From: Enoplolaimus lenunculus
Taxonomy: Eukaryota
Reading direction: 5' to 3'
Length of the DNA stretch: 64,000 nt
NCBI GenBank assembly: GCA_030248215.1
Contig: JASANG010000424.1
Location: 248,001 to 312,000, forward strand
The position numbers and the translations under genes were made by a program. Every line of letters starts with the position of its first letter. Position 1 is the stretch's first letter. Below are positions 22,777 to 34,600 of the stretch, one piece after another. The notes under the pieces were generated by a model. That model did not search any database. It saw only the letters and a list, made by a program, of their open reading frames with translations, and was not told where the DNA came from.

Positions 22777-23802
22777 TTAAGGTAATTCTGGTCCTTTTCA
22801 AATAGAAATAAAATTATTTGTTTTCGAAATAAACCCTATACGGTAGTGTCACTGAAACCAACTGAAAATGATTCTATCAGAGTTTGGCTGTGTCGAATCT
22901 TTATTAAGACAAACTTGATTATTTGTCACCGTACTTTAATTTGGGCATACCTAAACTCGTTGAAATCAGGCTCAAACACTTAGGCGGGGCACAGAACCCT
23001 TATTTACTTTACTAAATTTTATAGCGTGGACACAAGATAGACGTAAAATTTGCTGACATATTCCATTATGAATAAATATTCAAAGATTCGGCTATGTATT
23101 AAAGATCAGGAACAGAAACTTTTTCTGTGGAACTGCATTACAGTAAGCTTAAGCTTTAGTCGATTTTTTGACGTCGGCTAAGGATAACAGGCTTAGGTAT
23201 AAGCTCATTCTTACGTTTAGACTTAGGGTTAAGCTTAGGGTTAAAGTTTTGAACACTTAGCATGGACCCAGCAAACCAATCGAAAAGAGAACAGGGCCGC
23301 AACTGCGGATATTTGCGGACAGAATCGCTTATATCCGGTCAGTAAAACGTTCGGCACTGTTAAAAGTATTCTATGTTAGCAAAATATGTTTTGCTTGCAA
23401 CACAAAATATTTTATTTCTCTATTAATTTTTCATTGCTGGACAGTCCAACAAATGGACATTAAGGGCATGTGAATGTAACCGTTTTCGAAACTTGGTATC
23501 CGTTTACTCTGTGGGGTAGATTTTTTTGAAAATTAAAAATTCAGCTCAGAGATAAATATTTCATAATTAAAATCAGTTAAGGTAATTCTGGTCCTTTTCA
23601 AATAGAAATAAAATTATTTGTTTTCGAAATAAACCCTATACGGTAGTGTCACTGAAACCAACTGAAAATGATTCTATCAGAGTTTGGCTGTGTCGAATCT
23701 TTATTAAGACAAACTTGATTATTTGTCACCGTACTTTAATTTGGGCATACCTAAACTCGTTGAAATCAGGCTCAAACACTTAGGCGGGGCACAGAAACCT
23801 TA
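22777..23802. repeat. 226-bp direct repeat Y (22777-23002, 23577-23802) around a 576-bp copy of part of repeat X (23003-23578 matches 15041-15616)
   Basis: Direct reading. The Y copies differ at one visible base, and there is tt(g)aagg microhomology at the right junction. Confidence 0.92.
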
Positions 23803-23887
23803 CTAGGGGACCCCTTCAGAGCCTTTTGCGTTCAACAACCTTACGACGCTAACTTTAAAATAGTTTTAACTATTTTTATCAAACCTT

Positions 23888-24101
23888 GGCCCATGTAAAA
23901 ATCAGGAGCGGAACGTTTTTCTGTGGGACTGCAATAGAGTACGTTTAGGCGTTAGGCTAATTTTTTGCTTGGATATGTTTAGGCTTAGGCGTAGGAATAA
24001 ACGCATTCTTACGCTTATATGCTTAAGCTTATGCTTAGGCTTAATCTTAGGTCGAGGAATATGCTTAAAGTACTGTTCCGCCCCTGTTCTTTACATTGGC
24101 C
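23888..24101. mobile_element. MITE family B
   Basis: TIRs present; TSD caaacctt/caaatctt. Confidence 0.85.
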
Positions 24102-24567
24102 CAAATCTTTGTTAACGCCGAAAAGCTATATGTACCCTTGTTTGCTATGTATACTTTACAAGTCTCTGTCCCTGGAAAATGATTGGATACAGCCAGTGTA
24201 TTTTCGGGTATGCGAGACGAGACAGGCAATGCCAGACATCAGGGAGAGTTTTGCCTAAAATCGCACCCTCGCACCAAAATTGAACCTGTTATTCTGCACC
24301 AGTAGTTTCTTCAGCCCAGAACGTAAGCAATCTGAGTGTACAAAAATGCCTCGAAGACTGATTCATTTTATGTGCTAAAGATTGTTGTTATTTATTTTTT
24401 TGTAAACATATTAATGTATGTATACATGTATGTATATATTTGGGTAGCTTGCACTGTTTGTACGAGGTAAATGTTTACGGAACCATCCACCCCCCCGCCC
24501 CTGAATGGCTTTTGTGGGTCTTGGTGTTGCTTTAAATTGGAGCTTTGGAAAATTTATTGGCATTTTG

Positions 24568-24778
24568 AGCCAATGTAAAGAACAGAGGCGGAAAAGTATT
24601 ATAATCATATTTCTAAGCCTAAGCAGTAAGCCTAAACAACCTAAGTTTAAGCCTAAGCGTAAGAATGAGCATATTCCTAAGCCTAAGCCTAAACCAAGCA
24701 AAAAATTAGTCTAAAGCTTAAGCTTACTTTTTTCTTGTCCAACAGAAAAACGTTCCGCCCCTGATCTTTACGTGGGTC
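24568..24778. mobile_element. MITE family B
   Basis: TIRs present; TSD gcattttg/gcattgtg. Confidence 0.8.
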
Positions 24779-25148
24779 GCATTGTGAAACGCAGTCAAAA
24801 TGGCTCGAGAAACAACGATCTCAATGATATAATCGCTAGGGTAGGAACCGGCGGGAGTGCATGGCTCTAACACCCTTGTCTCAGGCTTCGTCCGCAACGG
24901 CCTAGGCGCGCTGCAACACTGCGTTAAAACGTATTCCCGCATATGAACATTTGTAATTTATCTCAGACCAAATTCAAGACGAGATTAAAAATGGAAAATC
25001 CAAGACGTAGGGCACTTTATCATTTCAACTTGACTATAAGTGCTCGGCTGCTCGGACGAACTCGAGGGACCTTTCAAGTCTTGCGATATTTTGGTACTCC
25101 GCATACGCGCAATACTTGCTTAGCACATTCTGGGGACATAGAAGAATG

Positions 25149-25346
25149 GGCCAATGTTACTTTAACGAGCGTAACTGCAGATTAAGCGTATTCCTAAGCC
25201 TAAGCGTAAGCGTTGCAAAAACGAATTTCTAAGTCTAAGCCTAAGCCTAAACCCTAAGCCTAAGCAGAAAAATGTAATTTAGAATCTAAAACTACTCTTT
25301 TATAGACCCAGCGTATACCTGAACGCCCCTTAAAGTACCATGGGCC
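25149..25346. mobile_element. MITE family B2 (GGCCAATGTTACTTT TIR, cctaag array); relatives near 38330-38530, 52839-53025, 63051-63213
   Basis: Perfect 8-bp TSD gaagaatg. Confidence 0.8.
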
Positions 25347-26260
25347 GAAGAATGTAGCATCCCACTAGCCCTCCGTGCTCCCAGGATTGCGATGCGAATA
25401 ATTTGTTTGAAGCTAACAATGTGTTTAATACTTGCCAAATGAAGTCAAAATTTTTGCATCTGCAACTAAGTTGTCCAACTTGAAAATTTACCAAACCTTC
25501 GAAGAAAACGTGCATTAAAACATTTCAGAACACAAAAAGTATCCTGTCCTACTGGAAAATCCTGAATCCGCCGCTGATTGCCAAACATAACACACTTTCT
25601 GTTTTATAGCATACTCTGTGCAGGATAGAATTATGACCAATGTATAGAACTGGAACAAAACAGTAGAATAAGCAGATTTGTAAGCATAAAACGTATGCCT
25701 ACACCTAAACTTAAGCGCAAGAGTCAGCTTATACCTAAGCCTAAACCTACGTGGAAAATTAACTAAGGTTAAACTTATTCTGTTGCAGTTCCACAGAAAA
25801 CGTTCCACCCTTGATCTTTACATGGGCTAGAATTATAAACGTGGCTTTCATGCACCTTATTCTGTTGCAGGGTATCTGTACTTTAACTGTAAACGGATGT
25901 CGCGTTACTTTGAATTATATTCGTCGCAAGAACGTTCGAATTTCCGGTTAATAGAAATTCGCTGAAAAGCCGCGTGTTTTCTATTTCAATTTATGCCTTC
26001 GAATCGTTTTTCATTGCGTTTCATTGAACGGATTCACTTTTTCTTCGTTCATAACAACTTCAAATACTCCAGTTGTACACGATTTCCGCAAATTACAGAC
26101 GTACACAAAGTTATTGTGGATGATGCATTAAACAACGCAATTCTCGTATTTTTATCCGAAATTTTGTACAATTTTATAATTTGACGCGAACCCGCGTAAG
26201 AAATTCGTTTGAATTGAAAATCAATTTTAAAAAATAAAACAAATTTGTACTCATTTTTGC

Positions 26261-27066
26261 ATGAAAACGCAACAAAATATGCTACAAGAATGCAACTACG
26301 TTTTGGCTGCGATTTATACTGCAACTGCAATTTATTGTTTTGTTAAATCTGCATTTTACACCAAAAACTCTGCGGCATGTGTTGAAGAAAATTTTGAATT
26401 TGAATTCACCGATGACTGCAGCGATGTCGATGCAACGTTCGATTCGTGTGACGATTTCGAAATCTACAGCAAACATGATCTGATTGGTTTAAATTTGAAC
26501 AACAGTAACCGCGACGTGATTGGATTAACTTTGGCCAATAGTAATCAATACTTCGTTGGTTCGAATTTGGGCAACAGTAACTGCAATCTTATTCAGTCAA
26601 AGTTTGATATCTGTGATCAAGATGGGCTCCGTACGTCGGGCAGTAATAATTTGGCTACTTTGACTGATGAACCAAACGGGTCTTGGGGTCAAACTGAAAA
26701 TCAAGCAGTACCGAACGGACGAATTTCTGGTGAACACCTCTCAGTGAAGAACAAAGAGCATGATGATAAATTCAAAGGGTCTACTACTATTGGAGAAGCA
26801 CAGAAATTATCGAAACTTCAGAACAATGTTGAAAATAATCGGCAAAATCAACGCGAACAAAGCCACCGCGAACTGCAACCAGCAAGCGAATTCAAACATC
26901 AACAACAGTCGACTTTACCTTGGAGACGCCCTGTAGAAAAATTGCACGAATCACGCCGACGGTCAAAATTGGCCCCTTCGAATCGAGCCGAAAACCGAAG
27001 GAATGTTGGCGAAAACGGATTTATGGCTGGTTTTGCAACAGATTTCTATGTTCGCAAGAAACGACG

Positions 27067-27106
<40 letters not shown>

Positions 27107-30100
27107 CTTGAGCAAGAAGATATTGACCTACAACGCATACAAGAACAGCAGCTACAGCAACACGAATTGCTGGAGCAAGAAAAACAACAGCAACTGTCAA
27201 AACATCGCCACGAATTGCCACAATGTGACAGTCATTCTACTGAAGTGGACAAATGTCTTGAAATACAGAATAACAAAATAATTTCGAACACTGTGACTCA
27301 TTCGGAAGTCGCTGACGACCAAATATCGCCGAATTTTCAAAATTCAAATTCTACTCCGAAGTCAACTCAACACCAATTTAAAGTATCGAAAATCACTGAG
27401 ATCAAACAATTATTACCATTAACTGATACTACTTGTGACATAAGTCGAAATGTGGATGATAAATATAATAACGCGAATAACGGCAAGATCAAAGACCGAC
27501 TTGTTGAAGTATTAACACCGAACGCCGATAAGCATCGGAAAGTTAAGAATGACAGTCGCTTTAAAAACCGGGAACCTTCAATTAAGCCCCTGCCTGGCAG
27601 TTCAGGTAACGGCGCAGATGAGCCACATAACAGCAGCGATAATATGGACTTTGAAGATGCAATCGAATACGCAGCCAGTGAAGTTTACCCTCGCCAACTG
27701 CAACGGTTCGAACAACCTTCGCTATCTACGCAGCTGACAGCTTCCACTGTCCTTGCTAACAAAGCTGAAGATTGTGACTTACGCGAAACAACTCATTATG
27801 AGCCAGATGACGGCAACCATGCAAACGACAGGCTGGAAGTTTACGCTAAAACCAACGATGTTTCGCAGACAGCCAGTAAACCCAAAATCCTGAGACAAAG
27901 TCTTCTCAGATCACGATCTGTATCCAGGAACAGGTACGAACGAGATCGCAGAAAACCAGCAAGCGTTCGAAGAATAGTTTCAGTTGAAGAATCCTATGCT
28001 CAAAAACTGACAGCGTCTACTGGATCAAGCGCATCGTCATTGTCGTACGACGCCGATAGTAGCGAGCAATCTGATGCTGACGCCTGGGCTATCGCAACGG
28101 TTCCGAACCTAGCTACTAAAATTTCGCGGGACGAGCCAAACGCTTCGCGGAAACATTTATTTAGTAAAAATTATCCCGAACTAAAAAATCGAAATTGGCG
28201 ACGCCAACAATTGTTAACGGAAAATCATCATTCGGGTCGAATCGCCAAAAATAAAGATTTAAAACCGTGGAACCGAAACGAAGAAGTTAAAAAAGTTAAT
28301 TATGATATAGCACCTAAATTGCAGTCGGATTTGACAGCAGAGGCCCGAGAGTCCAGCGATGGCAGTTTTAAAGTCTGCGAAGCGATAGAAGATGCTAAAA
28401 AATTATCTGAAAAGTCTATTGAGATTAAGCCGATGGAACAACCTCAGTCAACGCAAACTTTTAATAGCTGGAGGTAATCTTATTGGCTACAGTGCGATAT
28501 TTATGAACTTTTTGTCCAATCAAAATCTGGTACGATTAAGTAGAACATTGATGAGAGCAAGATGAAATTTTCAGAAAAATAACTCTTCATATCTGATGTT
28601 TCATTTCGCCAGCCTACAAGTTTAAGGTTGTGTCTGTCAAGACTTATACAAAAAATATGCTTTCAGGCGAAAACCTCCTGTTCCTCAACAACGTTCATAC
28701 TCAGTGCAACAAACGCAACACGAGTTGTCCCGAGCGGAAGCTGCTCAACTCGCTCATCCGTCTCTGGTTCAAGATTCAACTGCTCTAAGTTTTACCCCGA
28801 GCACTTCATCAGCACGTCCACACCATTATTGGTCAGACGAGTCTGAATATCAGACGACGTCCGTACCGGAACCGGAACCTCGGTCTGTTATCGAATATTA
28901 TGACGATGAAGTGATTTTGAAGTCTCAACAAATTTGCGGCGGAACCGGAAACAAACATCAATCTAAAGTTGTCAAGAAAGATATATATCCGGAAGTGTCT
29001 GATTGTCCACAGCTGAAAACGTAAGTCTGTGACGCACCCACGAGCTTTGACAATCTTTTCTTGAGAACCTAGGACTAAACATTAATCCTAGGCCATTGCT
29101 AAATCAATAATACAGCACCTATTGCTAATTTAAGAAATGGTTTTTTCAACAGTGCGTAATAACAATGGTAGTTTGACTATTGTATAGACCTGTGACGGAC
29201 CGTTTTATCGTGGGGCTGCTATGCAGCAAGTTTAAGCTTTAGACTAATTTTTGCTTGGGCTTAGCATTGGTTTAGGCTTTTAGGGGTATGCTTTGAAATA
29301 TGATTATACTACGGCCCTGATCTATACATTGATAGATCAGTGGCACTACACACATTCGGCATAAGGGCACAGGATCAGTAATAGGTTTTGAAACATGCGA
29401 ACGAAGTATAATTTTAACACATTCTCACATGAATATTTTCTATTTCCCCTGAGACCTACTTTTATGCTAGGATTCGAACTCCAGCGACTGGAGTGGGAGG
29501 CGTATACATTACCACTCAGCTATAGGAGCTTGACCCTCGAGCCCGAGGGGCTCTCACGTCTTGTGGTGATTTAGTACTATGTATACGTGTTGCAATTGTT
29601 AAACACGGTGCGATATATATTATTTAACGTATATACACTGCGCTGAGTTGCCTATAGGCAACTCAATGCGAGAAGTGGTTAAACCTCACCATTTTGTTGT
29701 GAAAAGTTTGAAAACCTATTACTATAAACTGATTATAGTTGCTATATACATTTGAGAATACGAGCATAGATTTTATGAGATATAGTAGTTATTGCGAACT
29801 GGTATTCAAGACTTCTATCATTCGATCCGTGAAATATAAAGGATTATATCACAGTTTCTGCTACTGATTTTATATGTTGTTTAGTAAAACTTCAGATCCG
29901 CAGCTATCGTAAATTCTCTTGCTAATTTGAAAACATTACATATTTTGAATTAAATTATATTATATTTAAAATTTGATATTTTAGCTCACCAACCACAACA
30001 ACCTCGACCTCTTGTTTAACCGGGTCACCGTCTGTTCCGCGAACAACTTCCCCAGCTGTCGCTCAATCAGATTCAGTGGTGTTCTCAGGCTACGCAGCAT

Positions 30101-31343
30101 CGTTAGCTACACTTAAGCTTCAAAGCGACGCTGGCTTAGCCCTGGTTCCAAAGCAAGCTGAAATATTTTCTGTTGTACCCAAATACTCGAATGTGATACG
30201 TCCGTCTGAGAGTCAAGAGCTCAAGTGGTTTGACCGAAACCAAGGAACAGTTGAAACGGACGATTGTGAAGCTCCAACTCGTGGCAATACACGAATGTTA
30301 ATGAATAAGTATGTTGATATTTTCTAAATTTCAATATCATTTATGTAATTTCAACTGAATTTCAACTCGTGTTGAAAGTTGAATTCGCTGGATTACAGTG
30401 AAAAGGATTTATTCTTAGAAGTCAGATATTCTATATGCAGTACACTGTACATTCTAGTGAATTGATTTTAATTCAGAACGTGTTGAATCACTGATTTGAA
30501 ATCAAGCCAGCCCATGTAAAGTTCAGGGGCGGAACGGTTTTCTATGGGACTAGAATAGAGTAAGCTTACAGATTTAGACTAATTTTTTGCATGGTTTAGG
30601 CTTAGGCTTAGGTTTATGCTTAGGGTTTAGGAATATGCTCATATGCTTATGCTTAAGCTTAGGCTTTGGAATACACTCATAATACTGTTCCGCCCTGTTC
30701 ATTACATTGGCCATCAAGTGTTTCAGAAGTCAGAATTCTGAATTGATTGAAATCATTCTGTATTATTTAACCAAATCAGCTTAACCCTTTCTCAGCTAGG
30801 ATTCGAACTCAAGTGACTGGAGTGGGAGGCGTATACCATTACCACTCAGCTATAGGAACTTAACGCTCGAGCCCGAGCGGGCTCTTACGTCTTGTGGTGA
30901 TTGAGTACTATGTATACGTGTTGCTATTGTTAAACACGGTGCGATATATACTATTTAACGAATATACACTGCGCTTAGTTGCCTATAGGCAACTCAATGT
31001 GAGAACGGGTTAAGCCTGAAAGCCTAAATTTTCAATGTGAGGAAAAAACTACAAGAACCTGAACGTCTAGTTTAAACGACAGATTTGAAATTTTAGATTC
31101 GAACAAGTCGCTCAACAAAATAAGTCAGAATTAACAAAAATGTACAACACAAGTGGTAAAATGATGAGAAACATTTTCGAACATGGTAGTGTACAATCGA
31201 ATACAATGTTCTATGCACCGAACACAAAACGGCAATATCAAAACGGTTACCGGACACAGTATGAAAACGCAGTAAAATTGCAACCTAACGCGCAACAATT
31301 GCACCAACACCACCACCAACACCAACAACAACGGCAACAGGAA

Positions 31344-31378
<35 letters not shown>

Positions 31379-31416
31379 ACAACAACAACAGCAACAACAA
31401 CAACAGCAACAACAAC

Positions 31417-31451
<35 letters not shown>

Positions 31452-31458
31452 CAACATC

Positions 31459-31555
<97 letters not shown>

Positions 31556-31578
31556 GCAGCAGCAGCAGCAGCAGAAGC

Positions 31579-31660
<82 letters not shown>

Positions 31661-34600
31661 GATTGAAGAAAAGAAACAAATCGATAGAGAAGCGAGAAGA
31701 CTGCGAGACCGACAAAGACAACGACAACTCGAGTTACAACAATTTCGAGGAAGATATCAGTATCAGACGAAGCAACAAGACGAAAAACAAGAAACCAAGG
31801 AACAAACAATGCATGCACAAAGAGATCAAATCGAAAGAAATAATGAACACAGCGAAAGACAACGAGAAAAAGAAGACGAGCAAAGAACAGCAACAAAATC
31901 AATTGGGAACAAAACATGCGACCAAGAACGCGAACCAATACATAACGCTCGAGAAAAAGAACACAAACCTGATGACAAACAACGAAAACACAGTGGAGAA
32001 CGAAGTATGAAGCTCAATATACGTAACCACGTCTACAACAAACAAACAAGTCACAAACAACCGCAAAACGGTTTTAACGAACACGTAATAGCAACGACTG
32101 AACGACAAGAAACAGAAGAACACAAAACGAAAACAGAAACAAACAAACAACTGCAATACGACCAGCAATTCAGCAGCAAACATACAATGCACAATCATAA
32201 CGAAACCAATTTTGTCCAACACTCAACAGCGCACAACGAACGACTGCAGAGAGAAGAAGAGCAAGAAAAGGAAAGAAAGAACAAACAATCGCCACACGAC
32301 CAGCAGCCTTATGGGCAACTCCAACGACAACATTCGCAACAGCATACGTATTTCTCATCGCGAACTATGGTATGCACTGATGGAGCAACGTCTTGCCTAG
32401 CACGAACTACGACATTTGTTCAAGGATATTGTCCGACTGGCTTGCCAGACCCCAACGACAAATGCTCCGAGCCAACGGTAAGAGGCTTCAAAAAATTGGT
32501 CCCATCTCTAATGGTATATCATCAACACAATCACGAATATCACTGTCCTAAATGTTTAAAGAAACTTATATGTTGAGACAAATTGATATAAACACTATTT
32601 ATAACTTTTAATCAACTCAAATTGCAAACCAACATCATTATAAAAGGGGCAAATGTTGCTTTCGGCGGTGTAGCAAATTCCTAAGCCTAAACCTATGCCA
32701 AGAATAAGCCAAGCAAAAAATAGTTTAAAGCCTATATACTCTATTATTGACGTGCTCAAAAATGGCTCGCCCGTCAAAGTAACGTAGGCCATGAAAGGCC
32801 TACTCGTCTGTGCGATATGCTATGCTTAATAACCCGCTTTGAAGCGTGCATATTTTCTATTATCCATAACCAATATTCGATCGATGATTTGAACCCGGAA
32901 CTTTTGGATACGAGGCGTTTACCATCACCACTCGACTATAACTTAATAGTTTAACGCTCGAGCTCGATGGGGCTTAGTTAGCTTACATGCTTTGCGTTAA
33001 ATTGCCCTTGCCCATGCCATACACACTGTAAATCCAAGTGAGTTAATTTTAACTCAGAATGAGTTGAATCACCCAGTCTGAGTTAGGACTTTCAGAACTC
33101 AGAATTTTGAATCAATAAAACTCACTCTGACCTAATCATTCAACTTAGCCGGAATCAATTGAACTCAGAGTGAGAGAATCAACTCAACTTAGAGTGAGTT
33201 AATGTTTACTGTTATTAACTCAGAAATAACTAACGCTGTAGATGCGTTGGTTAATCAACTCATTGGCATTTACACTGCACTCTGCAAGAAAGGGTTTATG
33301 TGACCAACTAAGGAACACAGGTGGAGACGGTAGCAGCGTTGCTGAATTTTTGAACCGTTGGAGTGGTATCAAGTATATTAAAGGCCACATGTTAAACTTT
33401 CGGCGAAACCATGGCCCGTTGAAAAGTGCGCAGAGTACCTATCGCCAGTTGGTGATAGGTCTTGTAACTTTGAAACCAGCAATTTCTGAGGCTAATAATT
33501 CAGCATATTTTTTGCATATGAGTTGCTCTACTTATGTACCAATTTTGAGTTCAACAAGTGCAATAGTTAACGAGTTTGAAAAACTATTAGGAATCGATGG
33601 TAACAGTGTGCAACTTAAAAAAATACGCATGGCATAAAAGTATCATCGCGCGTTGAGCTGTTCTGCCCATGCCTCGTGGCGGGTACATTCTTTTGTACAC
33701 GGAATTTACCAAGTTGCACACTCTTGTCGCAGTATGCATCAGCCACTCTTGCTGTTACTAAGAGTGAATGATCACTCTTTATAACAAGAGTGTGCAACTG
33801 GGTACATTCTGTGTATTAAAGAATGTACCAGCACGCGTTGCATTTTTGTTCGACTCCCCCTCAATCAGGGGGGTTTAAGCAAGAGATTAACAGCATGCTT
33901 CAGTACACCTACCCCCCTAAACAAGGGGGAGTTACAATTTGCTCCTAGCATTACTACGATATAAAACTGCATACAGACCCCCACAAACAATGGGGGTTAG
34001 GCCAAAAACGCAACGCGTGCCGGGTACATTCTTTAATACACAGAATGTACCCAGTTGCACACTCTTGTTATAAAGAGTGATCATCCGATCTTGCTATTTT
34101 ACCAACTGAAGATAGTTGCTATACACATTTGAAAATACGGGCTCTAAGCATAAATCAAAACCTATAGGCAAGTACTTGTAGATATTTATATATTTTTATC
34201 ATTGATCGCAAATCGTTGTAATGTTTCCGCAAGGACGCAAACATTTCTTTTACTGTCGCATAATTTTAGGTCGTCCAAACGAAAAGCATAAGCCCACGAA
34301 TCACTTCTCCGACGTCATCACCGACTCGCTTGCAAGTGTTGCGTCTGAGCTCAAAGTCAGCTTTTCGTCCGATTTCAAACCACTCGAGTCCGGTTCAGTT
34401 GAACTCAACTGAATTCGAAAAAGACGTTTCGAATCCAATTGTTAAAGAGCCAGATTCAGAACCGGAGCTTGTTCAGTTAGCGTCCGCGCAAGCGCAACCG
34501 TTGCTAGGTTGCACAGCGTACTATTAGGTTATACATTAAAAGCGACGTTAAATATTGTGTCCAATCTGTGAAAAAATATTCACTCGTGAAAGTTTTTGCA

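Noticed and set aside
31131..31938. Poly-Leu and poly-Val ORFs on the minus strand (also 27021-27221)
   Set aside because: Shadows of the (CAA)n tract, which has no stops in other frames.
33242..33637. 131-aa ORF (and the 136-aa ORF at 47271-47681)
   Set aside because: Both are made up partly of MITE-derived sequence and have no recognisable domain.
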